In this document: one piece after another, positions 13,143 through 26,645 of the stretch | Layout of the letters: each line of letters opens with the position of its first letter | Position numbering within the stretch: position 1 is the stretch's first letter | NCBI RefSeq assembly: GCF_023055435.1 | Contig: NW_025964013.1 | Span: 3,782,001-3,846,000, forward strand | Source: Haliotis rufescens | Taxonomy: Eukaryota | Direction of reading: 5' to 3' | Length of the DNA stretch: 64,000 nt | Notes under the pieces: generated by a model | Database searches by the model: none | The model's input: the letters and a program-made list of their open reading frames with translations, nothing else | What the model was told of the DNA's origin: nothing | Made by a program: the position numbers and the translations under genes

Positions 13143-16100
13143 GATTGGCTAGATTTAGCACACACTGTCAGGAGAAGTTACCCTGCTCAACCAATCAGTG
13201 TGTATTTAAATATAACCCAATTCGAAGCTCCCTCGGGAGTATACAACCAAAACTGTCATGCACTGGAAGTTTGGCATTCGTATGGTTATAAAGTTCCATG
13301 GGGATCTTACGTTGCTGGTTGAACAGAGGCACATTTCGGACAAAATCACTTGTCTATTATTTGTTACAGCCTGATGTAGGACCGACGCCCTAAGATCGGT
13401 TAGAACAGAACTTTATTCCTCCAAAGCTACATAGTATAGCATAATGAGGTATCAGAGTTCAAAATACAAATATATGTCGACAAATTACATATTACTTAAA
13501 CTTCTAGCAGATTCTACAAAGTTTCTTTAACATAAAACAAATGTTATATTCGGGATAACACTTTCTTTGTAACAAATGTTATATTTGGGATAACACTTTC
13601 TTTGACATACATGTTTACTTTTAAATAAATGTATTATAATGAACATTAAAAGACTCTTTAGACTGTATGACAATAATATTTTCTTATTGATCATTTTAGA
13701 GTATATATTCTTCCACTTTCACCTTACAGCATATGGGGGTTTGGCTTTTATTTACTTATGAAAAGTCAAGTGAACATTTTCAATCATGCGCAAGTCAGAC
13801 GTTTTCTGTCGCCTGCGTTGCTTAACGTCTCCAGATTGTGCCAAGTAAACAATGGAACGACACGTCCTTGATTGTACACCAGGCGTGGTGGGGATATGAC
13901 CGTGTATTCTGATGATGATCCCCGTCACGGAGCTGTGCTCCAATGATCAGGGGTGTCATAAAATAAGAATAAACGTAATAGGTTCTCAGGTTTATTAATA
14001 ACGGCTAATTGTACTAATATACGACAATAATGGATAAGATAAACACAAGCGCTTACAAGAATCGCTGATTAATTACATCAGCGCAAATATACAACCGGTT
14101 GAGGATTATAGTAATAAAATGAAAATAGCTCAAACAACACTTTGACAAGATACCGACCAGATGCGCGGACAGCCAATGACATCGCCTGCGATCAATTAAC
14201 ACCTGAGTCAATTAACTCAACACTCTAACGAGAGAATAGCCTCGGTTGGCTTAAATAACGAGAAATAAACGGTTACAGGCCGCCTAAGCCAAATACCGAA
14301 AATAGATAGCAAAAAATTGATGTGGCTCTCGTGGATATGCTGTCAAAACATGCTTTGTGATTCTAACAGGTTACCGTATTTAACAAAACAAGTCTTGTGT
14401 TCTCATTTTTTATTCAGATCATAACAGGGATAATTTATTCAACATTACATTGATGGATATCATGACAGGTCATATTACATTGTCACATTACAGGTCACGA
14501 TTGTGTAATAAATTGTACTTCCTTCTTCGTGAAGGTTCCGACCACTGGTGAGAGGGTCTCAGGACTGCAACCTCTGTGAGTGACTGCTCGCGCTGAAAGA
14601 GCTTCACTACCTCGTAGATCGGCACTTCGGGTGGCCCTTCTTGACAAGTATCTTTATCCTGTTGTGCCACCCTTCTAGGCGATTGTTGGTACGGTGACCT
14701 TGGTTGTCGAAGTGATTCCAAATCTCTGGGATGAAGGCCTGTCCTTGAACCCAACTGGTTGTCACAGAGTCCATGAAGGCAGTCACTTTAGGGCCAGCAG
14801 GAGAGTCAGCAATGGCATCAAGCCACACATCGTCCACATTGACACGAGGTGGCGTGAAGCAACTCAGCCTGAGTTGTGATCCTTGCAGTGCACTCCTTGG
14901 CAATACAGGACCAGTATCTTCTTTCACCACGACTGCTCTTACACCGAAACTTAAAGCCATCATAGTACAAAATGACGCCTCCTCTGCTTCTTTCAATGAA
15001 CTTTATTTGAACTTGTGCATTTGCCATGGTTCTGACTTGGAGTCACTCAAATATGTTATGAATAACAGGATTTAATCAATGTCAATTAAGAACGCCATTG
15101 ATCTCTAAAGAACACCACGCTTAGTAATCTCTACAAGTTAATTGAGGTGAGTTTACTCAATTTAAATGTGGGACACTCACGCCCTGTCACAACGGGCGTG
15201 GCGACGCCTCCTGAGCGAGCGTAGAATGAACAACACAATGTTTGCTTGCCTTTACTTTAACAAGATCCTGAGTAAATCCCCGAGTCATACTAACACTATC
15301 TGCTTCGTAAAATACAGGTGACACACAGGTGTGTCACAAACCAATTACCTCATCTAACTTTCTGACCATGGACATAGACCTACATGTAGTAGTGACACAG
15401 GGCGGGTAAATACACTTTTGAGATAATTGTCCAAAGCAGTGTTCAACCACTACACTGATTTAGCCCGAATATTCATTCTATCGATAAACCCCAAAAAGTT
15501 TTCTCTGTGAGGAAGAACCAATCATTGGGCGTCACAACACAGAATATGCAAGTCCTGGGACTATAATGTGTAATGTTAAAAATAAAGAATTCTGAATGTT
15601 TTAGAATATTCGGGAAATGTGCAAAGTCAGCTGATACTAGTCAAAAAGCATTAAGAATCGGATTGCTCCTCGCGTCATCAACTCACTGTATGTACATAAT
15701 GCTATTAAAAGATGTAGTTTGCATCAATATGTTGAATTAACGTCTACGTATAATCGAGTCAGCCTAACTCGTGGTATAAAGTGTGACCCTAACCACCACC
15801 AATTGAGTGCCGAAGACCTTTTCCAAACCCAAAGGCAGCATCTACATGTGATGTCAGAAAGAAATCTTAAGAAACTGTATGTAAAGAATATTTGTGTGTA
15901 TAACTATGCAAATGTCAACTGATATACATCTGCTCTTAATCGAATGACACGAACCCTGATCACTCGATATATGGTTTAGACTACATAGTGCCATGGCCAA
16001 CCATTACTATAATGGACTTATATCTTTTGACTCAACACTGTAACTGATATATAATAAATTTGGATGTTCGATTATGTTTGATAACAATGTATGTTCGATG

Positions 16101-16182
16101 CATGTGGCTTAACGAGGTATATATGGACGGGGTTCCCATGTTTTTGGATGTATATAAGTTTAATAAGCAACATCTTCTATCA
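13143..16182 (+). repeat. Tandem segmental duplication, copy 1 (3040 bp)
   Basis: Near-identical (about 99% by eye) to 16183-19229, and the ORF track repeats. Confidence 0.97.
14520..15027 (-). mobile_element. Internally deleted Mutator-like (FLYWCH-MULE) transposase remnant, copy 1
   Basis: LYYDGFKFRCKSSRGERRYWSC...CTARITT is FLYWCH-like. It is fused out of frame to WNHFDNQGHRTNNRLEGWHN..HP..IYEVVKLFQREQ, the MULE C-terminal signature. Confidence 0.8.
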
Positions 16183-19100
16183 GATTGGCTAGATTTAGCA
16201 CACACTGTCAGGAGAAGTTACCCTGCTTAACCAATCAGTGTGTATTTAAATATAACCCAATTCGAAGCTCCCTCGGGAGTATACAACCAAAACTGTCATG
16301 CACTGGAAGTTTGGCATTCGTATGGTTATAAAGTTTCATGGGGATCTTACGTTGCTGGTTGAACAGAGGCACATTTCGGACAAAATCACTTGTCTATTAT
16401 TTGTTACAGCCTGATGTAGGACCGACGCCCTAAGATCGGTTAGAACAGAACTTTATTCCTTCAAAGCTACATAGTATAGCATAATGAGGTATCAGAGTTC
16501 AAAATACAAATATATGTCGACAAATTACATATTACTTAAACTTCTAGCAGATTCTACAAAGTTTCTTTAACATAAAACAAATGTTATATTCGGGATAACA
16601 CTTTCTTTGTAACCAATTTTATATTTGGGATAACACTTTCTTTGACATACATGTTTACTTTTAAATAAATGTATTATAACGAACATTAAAAGCCTCTTTA
16701 GACTGTATAATGACAATAATATTTTCTTATTGATCATTTTAGAGTATATATTCTTCCACTTTCACCTTACAGCATATGGGGGTTTGGCTTTTATTTACTT
16801 ATGAAAAGTCAAGTGAACATTTTCAATCATGCGCAAGTCAGACGTTTTCTGTCGCCTGCGTTGCTTAACGTCTCCAGATTGTGCCAAGTAAACAATGTAC
16901 GTGCCAAGTACGTCCTTGATTGTACACCAGGCGTGGTGGGGATATGACCGTGTATTCTGATGATGATCCCCGTCACGGAGCTGTGCTCAAATGATCAGGG
17001 GTGTCATAAAATAAGAATAAACGTAATAGGTTCTCGGGTTTATTAATAACGGCTAATTGTACTAATATACGACAATAATGGATAAGATAAACACAAGCGC
17101 TTACAAGAATCGCTGATTAATTACATCAGCGCAAATATACAACCGGTTGAGGATTATAGTAATAAAATGAAAATAGCTCAAACAACACTTTGACAAGATA
17201 CCGACCAGATGCGCGGACAGCCAATGACATCGCCTGCGATCAATTAACACCTGAGTCAATTAACTCAACACTCTAACGAGAGAATAGCCTCGGTTGGCTT
17301 AAATAACGAGAAATAAACGGTTACAGGCCGCCTAAGCCAAATACCGAAAATAGATAGCCAAAATTGATGTGGCTCTCGTGGCTATGGTGTCAAAACATGC
17401 TTTGTGATTCTAACAGGTTACCGTATTTAACAAAACAAGTCTTGTGTTCTCATTTTTTATTCAGATCATAACAGGGATAATTTATTCAACATTACATTGA
17501 TGGATATCATGACAGGTCATATTACATTGTCACATTACAGGTCACGATTGTGTAATGAATTGTACTTCCTTCTTCGTGAAGGTTCTGACCACTGGTGAGA
17601 GGGTCTCAGGACTGCAACCTCTGTGAGTGACTGCTCGCGCTGAAAGAGCTTCACTACCTCGTAGATCGGCACTTCGGGTGGCACTTCTTGACAAGTATCT
17701 TTATCTTGTTGTGCCACCCTTCTAGGTGATTGTTGGTACGGTGACCTTGGTTGTCGAAGTGATTCCAAATCTCTGGGATGAAGGCCTGTCCTTGAACCCA
17801 ACTGGTTGTCACAGAGTCCATGAAGGCAGTCACTTTAGGGCCAGCAGGAGAGTCAGCAATGGCATCAAGCCACACATCGTCCACATTGACACGAGGTGGC
17901 GTGAAGCAACTCACCCTGAGTTGTGATCCTTGCAGTGCACTCCTTGGCAATACAGGACCAGTATCTTCTTTCACCACGACTGCTCTTACACCGAAACTTA
18001 AAGCCATCATAGTACAAAATGACGCCTCCTCTGCCACTTTCAATGAACTTTATTTGAACTTGTGCATTTGCCATGGTTCTGACATGGAGTCACTTAAATA
18101 TGTTATGAATAACAGGATTTAATCAATGTCAATTAAGAACGCCATTGATCTCTAAAGAACACCACGCTTAGTAATCTCTACAAGTTAATTGAGGTGAGTT
18201 TACTCAATTTAAATGTGGGACACTCACGCCCTGTCACAACGGGCGTGGCGACGCCTCCTGAGCGAGCGTAGAATGAACAACACAATGTTTGCTTGCCTTT
18301 ACTTTAACAAGATCCTGAGTAAATCCCCGAGTCATACTAACACTATCTGCTTCGTAAAATACAGGTGACACACAGGTGTGTCACAAACCAATTACCTCAT
18401 CTAACTTTCTGACCATGGACATAGACCTACATGTAGTAGTGACACAGGGCGGGTAAATACACTTTTGAGATAATTGTCCAAAGCAGTGTTCAACCACTAC
18501 ACTGATTTAGCCCGAATATTCATTCTATCGATAAACCCCAAAAAGTTTTCTCTGTGAGGAAGAACCAATCATTGGGCGTCACAACACAGAATATCCAAGT
18601 CCAGGGACTATAATGTGTAATGTTAAAAATAAAGAATTCTGAATGTTTTAGAATATTCGGGAAATGTGCAAAGTCAGCTGATACTAGTCAAAAAGCATTA
18701 AGAATCGGATTGCTCCTCGCGTCATCAACTCACTGTATGTACATAATGCTATTAAAAGATGTTGTTTGCATCAATATGTTGAATTAACGTCTACGTATAA
18801 TCGAGTCAGACTAACTCGTGGTATAAAGTGTGACCCTAACCACCACCAATTGAGTGCCGAAGACCTTTTCCAAACCCAAAGGCAGCATCTACATGTGATG
18901 TCAGAAAGAAATCTTAAGAAACTGTATGTAAAGAATATTTGTGTGTATAACTATGCAAATGTCAACTGATATACATCTGCTCTTAATCGAATGACACGAA
19001 CCCTGATCACTCGATATATGGTTTAGACTACATAGTGCCATGGCCAACCATTACTATAATGGACTTATATCTTTTGACTCAACACTGTAACTGATATATA

Positions 19101-19229
19101 ATAAATTTGGATGTTCGATTATGTTTGATAACAATGTATGTTCGATGCATGTGGCTTAACGAGGTATATATGGACGGGGTTCCCATGTTTTTGGATGTAT
19201 ATAAGTTTAATAAGCAACATCTTCTATCA
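16183..19229 (+). repeat. Tandem segmental duplication, copy 2 (3047 bp)
   Basis: Head-to-tail with copy 1, junction CTTCTATCA|GATTGGCT. Three small indels give a net +7 bp. Confidence 0.97.
17567..18074 (-). mobile_element. FLYWCH-MULE remnant, copy 2
   Basis: Duplicate of 14520-15027. Confidence 0.8.
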
Positions 19230-20679
19230 GTGATATGTGTACAAAAGCAAGTAATATTTTCAAATATCCTGGGACATTGGTACACAAATACAACCAACAT
19301 AAGTACTATTCAGATATACCTCCCACTGAACATCAGACCCCCACAGTACCTCTTTTTTGCAATTTTAGGAACAACGTCCATATAGTACAGCACTCGATGC
19401 ACCCTGCAAACATTCTGTTGGTTATTTCAAAAGATATTTCAAAATCATTGAACTTTCCGAAAGAGTCGGCCTATATTTAGTATGGAAACATATTCCAAAT
19501 ATACAGGTGTTGTTTAATATTTGTAACACGGGAGGCAAAAATCACGGTACGAAATCAGGCATTTGTCAAGTTGCCAGATATCAATTGAAAAAAATACTAT
19601 ATGCTCATGAGGCGTGTTTTTATTATTATTTTGTTTGCAGATACGCCGATCTTAAAAAGGACAAAGCAGAATCAGTAAGGTTTTTTTTATTACCGCCGAG
19701 TTTGAAAACCCAATTTAGCAATACAAAATATATAAGAAATTGCTTTCATGCCTCTCCCGACACACCATAAACACTTCACGACCCACAAAACGTGCACACG
19801 CTTTGCGATCGACAGGCAGTGGAAATACCATATGCAATATGCGTTAATCCACCAGGGGATGCAGTAGTTTGGAAAACGAAATTTTTTCAATTATTATGGG
19901 CAGTGAAAAAGTACATCGTATAGCCTGAAATGAACGAATGTGAGATAAAACACTTGCCATTGAAGATGTGGAATTTGCGATTTATTATTTTAAGTGAGGT
20001 TTGTTTTTAGGCAGAGATTAAGATCACTGTATGTGTTTATATCTGAAACTTAGCCAGAAATAGCAAACACTTGAAAACACGTTTTGTTCTCAGATCTTCC
20101 GGTGATTCAGTAAGAAAATATCAAATGACATAACACAAAATGATTATGATGCAATCTACTATACCTTTTTTGTCTTACCTGGAATAATATATTTCAGTGT
20201 CGCGTTATTTTAGCTGCGCTCTACCACTAAAACACGGAGGCGGTCACGAGGTACGTGTAGTACCGCTGTGTGCTGTATATGAGGATCTCAGATATAAATC
20301 ATAATAGGAAGTCAGTGCCATCTATCAGTATTTCTATATGTGTTCCGATACTGACAAGCTCTCGGTAATTTTTATAAGCAATCAATTTATGTTTAAATCT
20401 GCAAAACCTATGTTAATATGTCAAAGAGATGTCGGCTTCAATTGTACAAGAAATACCTTGTTATTTATTTTCTTATTGTTCATGTACCTACCCTTGTATT
20501 GTGTGTGGTGTGTATAGACCCTTCAACACGGGTTATATTATCCTCTTCTATTTATATCTACTTTTACATGTATATATATATGAGGTGAGCCTCAAATACG
20601 GTATCTGTCAACCAGTGTCTGTTTTATAGTCGTGTGAACCGGATGTGCTTTGATCCTTTCACAAACTGAACATATAAAG

Positions 20680-20820
20680 TATTGATTTCCGGTTCGGGTA
20701 GAGAGCTGTCCACGTTCGTCTGTGTGAGGCGCGGCGGTCATCTAGATATTGTTACCTTTGTTTATGAAACCAGAAGAGAAGTTTGAACGTACGAACTAGC
20801 GATATACGTGTTGATGTTGA
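20680..20820 (+). promoter_or_regulatory. Conserved non-coding block upstream of TLR pseudogene 1 (candidate promoter or first exon)
   Basis: ATTGATTTCCGGTTCGGGTAGAGAGCTGTCCACGTTCGTCTGTGTGAG is homologous to 29183-29232 upstream of pseudogene 2. The regulatory role is inference. Confidence 0.4.
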
Positions 20821-20859
20821 AAACACTGAAAGATGTATGCTATGAACACTTCTACAAAA

Positions 20860-21036
20860 TCCCTGCTCGTGTTTAAGTAATGCTCACCCGATAATCCTCC
20901 ACTGGGGGTATGGTGCTGACAAACCTAGAATCATAATGAGGGCAAACCTGGGTTTAAACCCACGATCATATATTTCTGGCACGTCTAAAGGAAGCAACCC
21001 TACAAAGCGAATTGCGTCATTGCGAATTGCCACCCT
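20860..21036 (-). mobile_element. SINE family C, old copy
   Basis: GGGTATGGTGCTGACAAACCTAGAA is the reverse complement of the family C body. Degenerate B box. Confidence 0.75.
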
Positions 21037-21706
21037 TGCATTTCAATGAATGCAACACATTATAAACTAGGTGAACAATGAAATGTAATTCTTAAATTAA
21101 TAAATGAACGAAAAAGATGTGCCCATGACATCTCCTGCACATATATGTCTTAAATGAACTCTCTAAGCGCATAGGGGAAGTTTCGGAAGCAATATGGGCA
21201 CTCACAATTGATATCTGGTACGAGGAAGAAAAAAACTATTTCGTTTGTGTTGCCTTGTTCAAAGAAACAGGAAAGTCCCACAAATGTATCAAATGACACA
21301 CGCATATGTGAACAGATACATGCGGAAATTGAATGTTTGAATGCAAGCTCTGTGACATGTTTTGGACAGCAACATTATTTTACATTGTGAAACCATTATG
21401 TCAGAGAGAAATGCAAGTTTCTCTTTTCTAGATTGATTTCCTTGATGTTCAAAGATATGTTGATTTCGAAATACAAGAAGAAACATATGTGTTATCATTT
21501 CTATTCGCGGCTGTAACAGAATTTACTCACAACCTGGATCAACATATGAAGAAGACTATTATACTGCAATTCACCTCATATCTGGTCAAACTGGAGCATC
21601 AGTAGAACTATATATTTTACTACCTGTCTCTTACGTATGTTTATGAAAGTGATAAGCTGATCGGAATTATAAATACATTATACCTTTCTATTCCACTGTG
21701 TTACTC

Positions 21707-21802
21707 CCCCCCCCCCCCTCTCCCTCTCTCTCTCCTCTCCCCCTCCCTCCCCCCTCTCTCCCCCCCCCCCCCTCCCTCCCCCTCCCTCCCCCCCTCTCTC
21801 TC
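21707..21802. repeat. Pure polypyrimidine (C/CT) tract, about 95 bp
   Basis: Only C and T, including long C runs and (CCCT)n. Confidence 0.9.
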
Positions 21803-22054
21803 TGATATCCTATCTAGGGATATGAACTACCGTGTTTTGCACAGTTGTGTTGTCAGATTAACTGGCCCAGGCAATAACTCACAAACTCATATTTGTTTTC
21901 AATACAGATAAAACATATTTCATATAGAATGCATGTTCCTTAGCTTATGGCAGTTAGTGATAAATACTGAATCATTAGGACGAACATTATAGTTCATTAG
22001 TTGCACCGACAGCTGTTTTTTACCTCCTCAATTTGTTCAGTGGTCTCCTGCAGC

Positions 22055-22312
22055 GTTTGGTTTTTTTTGTTTCTTGTTTTACGCCGCATTCAGCAATATT
22101 TTAGCTGTAAATAATCGAGCCTCGACCAGACAATCCAGTGATTGCTCGCATGACCATCGATCCATACAATTGGGATACGATGACATGCATCAACCAAGTC
22201 AGCGAGCCTGACCACCTGATCCCGATAGTCGCCTCTTACCACAAGCATGGTCGCCTCTTTAGGTAAGCATGGATTAATGAAGACCTATTCTCTACCCGGA
22301 TATACATTGGTC
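22055..22312 (-). mobile_element. SINE-like family B
   Basis: Reverse complement aligns end to end with 41224-41489. Confidence 0.85.
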
Positions 22313-22867
22313 ACGAATTAAAGGTGCCGCAGCAGGGGTGCATATGTACTGTTATCCATTTAGTTAATATAGCACGGTGTTCATGTTAACGTTTATTATT
22401 ACTGTTGAATTCACTTCTCACATTCTTCCAAACGCAAGTTGACAAAATAGTTTCCATAATTGTTATCACTGATGCATTTTAACGCTATTTGGCCTATTAC
22501 GCCCAATGGAATAAGTTTCAGTAGATAATCAAGATTGATCATTCTCTAGCGTTGAGGTTTTACATTTTATCAGAGATTTCCTATGACTTGAAGTGGGGTT
22601 TTCTTCGCTATTAGCCGCATCAGGCAGCAAACGGTTAATCTAATATCAGAAATGGATACATGGTGTGATCACCCACACAGGCTTTAATCCTTGAATGTTA
22701 TCGTGGCATGATCACACCAACGGGATTTGAAATGATGCAAATCCGCAGTTTCGCAAAGAGACAAATGTCTAAGACATATCAAATATGTCACAGAATATAT
22801 GTGATGCTGGCCATACATACATTCAAGATGTTTATGATCTTATATACCTTTCTACTTTCAGGTAAAA

Positions 22868-25021
22868 ATGGGTTCATATTCCGTTCTACACCTTCTGTTG
22901 ATATGGGGCGGTCTCGAGACCAACGTTATGGTACAAACGGAACAAATTGTCACCATGTGTCCCCCGTGTAGATGCTATGCATTAAATGATGCAATTGTGG
23001 CTACGTGTTTCAATGTATCGCTGCAATCAGTACCCGAGAACATCCCAAATACTACTGTGGGCCTTATCATCATCGGTAACAATTTACAAACGTCACAAGA
23101 CAGGATGTTCTCACGATTTACACACTTGAAGGTACTCACAGTTGTTGGGAAAAACCATTTAGAAATCCACGCACGTTCTTTAGAAGGGCTTGGAGCCTTG
23201 GAAAGGTTAAATCTATCAAACAACCAGATAAGGAATATCGATCCAGCGACGTTAACACCTTTGACTAATCTGGCAGTCTCGGAAATATCTGAAAACAAAG
23301 GTACTGGCCTAAGCGGTATTGGAAACATAACATCTGGTTTAAGGAATTTGCCAGTGAAGAAACTCTTTATGAATTCTGTCGTCAGTGAATATTCTGTACA
23401 TGTATGTATTGTGATAAGAAATGAGTCCATACAGCACTTACACAACACCTCTCTGGACGAATTCCATGCTAAGCACAACATCATTGTACTCTTTAGAAAT
23501 AAAGCTTTGAAATATTTTCTGAAAACTTTGAGAAAAGAAGCATTGAACGAAAACAAGCTTACATTTGGCTGCTATCTACCGACTTTCTCTTCTTTAATGG
23601 TCTAGAAGAACTGCACATGAACTGCCACATTTCGATAAAATGCTTCACTGCCAGAAACCCCAATGTTTGATAATAACGATCAGTGTGATATCACTCCAGT
23701 CCCCTTCCCCTTCAATGAACTTACTACAACAACACTTTCCACTTCCTCAGAATTTAAAACGATTCTCTTACCCATTCTCGCAACTACCTTACCACATTGG
23801 TAGAATATCATTTGGTAAAAATTCATTGTCATATGTCGATGTATCCAATAATACTGGACTGGTCCAGTTACAGGCTTGGAGAATAGACAGTATCATTTAT
23901 TCTAAATTTATCAAATAATGAAGCAAGAAGAATATCTGATGAGTTTTTCCATACATTCCCCAACCTTATAGTTCTCAAAGTATAATACAACTTCATGGGA
24001 AGCGTACTGCATGACGATATTGATGGTAGTGTTCTACAAAACCAAACCCAACTACAAATGCTTGATTTAAGATCAAGTTTCATTCCCTTTTTGACCAGAA
24101 ATGTGTTTAGTCGTTTATACTCAAAGAACTAAACCTTGGAAGTAATAACATACATCCGGATCTGGAGGTAGAACTAGGGCACATGTCAAATCTACAGAAA
24201 CTTGTCCTCAACAACAATCAAATACGGTCACTGCAGGTGCCCGTTACACAATCACTGGACAAAAAAGCTCAAAGAAACAAATTAAAGGTAGATTTGTCCC
24301 AGAACCCCATAGCCTGTACATGCTACAATTTAGACTTTCTCAAATGGATGTTGACAGCCCAAATCAACTTTGGCAACCTAAGCAACTAATATTGCCTCTA
24401 CAGTAGTGGAACGAAACGGGATCTGGAAGATTTGGAGTCAGTCTATAAAGAATTAGAAATCTCATGTCATAACTATTTTGGTCGTTCACTTGGTATGATG
24501 TGGTTGTTTGTACTAACTGTGTCTTTGATAGTATGCCGCATTTGGGTATCGTTACCGCTGGAAGCTACGGTACTGATATTGTGCTGCAAAGCTGCGGTAC
24601 AGTATTCTGACTGAGACAGTAACTGATCCAACATTTGATTTTGACGCTTTCGTTTCATATGCCGACGAGAATCGTGATTTTGTTGTGAATGATCTCAGAC
24701 AGAACTTGGAAGCAGAGGCAGGCTTACGACTGAACATACACCAGATAAACTTCAGGCCAGGTCGTGCAAGAGCAAGAGAACTCTCATTATTCTATCATGA
24801 GACACTCAAGAAAGCTATTAGTGCGCCTTCAAATGGCCAACATGTAGAGTGTTACCACCGGTCGGGATGTGTTGATGATCATCATGTATGAACAGATACC
24901 AACAAGAGACATTCCTGCTGAAATCCTGCATCATATGCAGACTGACTCCTACATCGAATATCCCAATGAAGGAGATACAGATGTCTTCTGGAGAACCCTA
25001 GTTGAATCACTGAATAAGTAA
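22868..25021 (+). pseudogene. Toll-like receptor pseudogene 1 (first 245 codons still open)
   Basis: Signal peptide, CPPCRC LRRNT and LRRs in ORF 22868-23605. Then frameshifted LRRs, NPIACTC LRRCT (stop at 24387), TM, and TIR remnants FDFDAFVSY...FWRTLVESLNK*. Confidence 0.93.
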
Positions 25022-25399
25022 CATAAGACATTTGTTCAAATGAGTGACATTTTGCGATAGCCAAGTCTTTTCACAGCTATGATATTCCTAGCTTTGTATG
25101 GATAGTAGAAAGATTGTAATATGATTATGTGTGTGTCGTATTCTCTTTACTGTATAAAGCTGCATATGTATGACTTTGGACCTATATTTTGGTGGTTTTG
25201 GGGGTAGTTGTGGTCTGTGATTCATGCAGAGTATATACGAATTACCATTCATAAGTAGGTTTTGCATTTTGTACAAACACCAGAAATAAAATGTATATCA
25301 TTAAATATTGTTGTGCATACCGATGTAGACGTGATATTTTATTAAGCAGACCCACACTTTCGGAAAGTGCTACATTGAACAATAACTGGCTCAATTCAT

Positions 25400-25950
25400 T
25401 GTTGGTAACCCGACAACGGAAAAGTAACCTGACAACCAAAATGCCTGGCACTAGTATCACACAAAAAATACTCTTTTCAGCCTGCCGGAAAGCAAGGCGT
25501 CTTGAACAAAGATTGGGGTAGGCCAGGCAACAGTAGGGACTATGCGGCAATGGCGTTACAGGGGAACGCAACGAGCAGTATGCCAGTGCAACAGTTCTTG
25601 ACCATGATCGATATGGGGTCGGTAGTTTCATGATGTGGGACAGAGTCAAACTGATTTTGTTATTGTGAATGGACATTTCAATGGCCAGCGATATTTTCAC
25701 TACAATTATGGGCAGGAATTTTGAACTGCAAGATGGAAATGCTAGACCACATCATGCCCAGGTCGTCACCGATTATCTCTGACGAGAAGGCATGCGGAGA
25801 GTACACTCCCGATACCCAGCACCCACCAACGTGGCCCACCTAAGGATAGCTCCTCAGGTCGAATTGTGGACAATACGCACGTTAATCAACACTATGCCAT
25901 CAAGGTGTCTTGCATGTATCGCCAGACATGGTGGACACACCAGATATTGA
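25400..25950 (+). mobile_element. Highly decayed Tc1 transposase
   Basis: DRYGVGSFMMW, ELQDGNARPHHAQVVTDYL, LINTMPSRCLACIARHGGHTRY*. Confidence 0.8.
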
Positions 25951-26473
25951 TCTACACGCCCGAAATTTAGCTGGAAATTGTTTTTAAAACACATTTACTC
26001 TAAATACCTTAGAAATCTCGAGGACAAGCCAAGAGTCGATTGTACGATGCATGGGTTTATTAAACACTATCAAATAGTGCTGATACCAGGAGTTCGCAAA
26101 AACATGAGCATACCCTGCCTCAAAGGTGGCGCCCTTCACAGACTTCAGGCTTTACCTTCCTGATATTACATGCTGTATATGCTTGTACATGTTGTAATAA
26201 ACCTTGCTCTCAGTTGATAAGGCAACCTGTCAATTAACTGGGTATATATTCTACCCGGAATGCCTCCTGTTAAATACATGGGGTAAGTTATATGTTCTCT
26301 CGTCAGTTGCCTCAGTATCAATATTCTGTTTATTGATTGTATGGCATATGCATCCACTGTTGGATGCCTTATTTATGTAGTTTCTTATTGGACCCCGTAA
26401 TGGAGAAAACCAGAATTGTTATCTCCAGTCACTCTGTCAACCTCTGTTCCTCCTCTTGGCAGTTCGGCTTCTT

Positions 26474-26645
26474 TATAAATCTTTTACACTTTCCCTCATT
26501 ATATCAATCTTTCACACGTTTTCCTCTTATGAATCCTTTATACGTTTCCCTATTTTCAATTCTATTATGTTTTCTTCTTCATCAATCCTTCACCCATTTC
26601 CCACTTTATCAACCATTTACGCATTTCCCTCTTATTCAATCTTTT
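26474..26645. repeat. Degenerate 27-bp minisatellite, about 6 units
   Basis: Units resembling TCAATCTTTCACACGTTTTCCTCTTAT. Gives the LYQSFTHFP-type repeats in ORF 26337. Confidence 0.7.
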
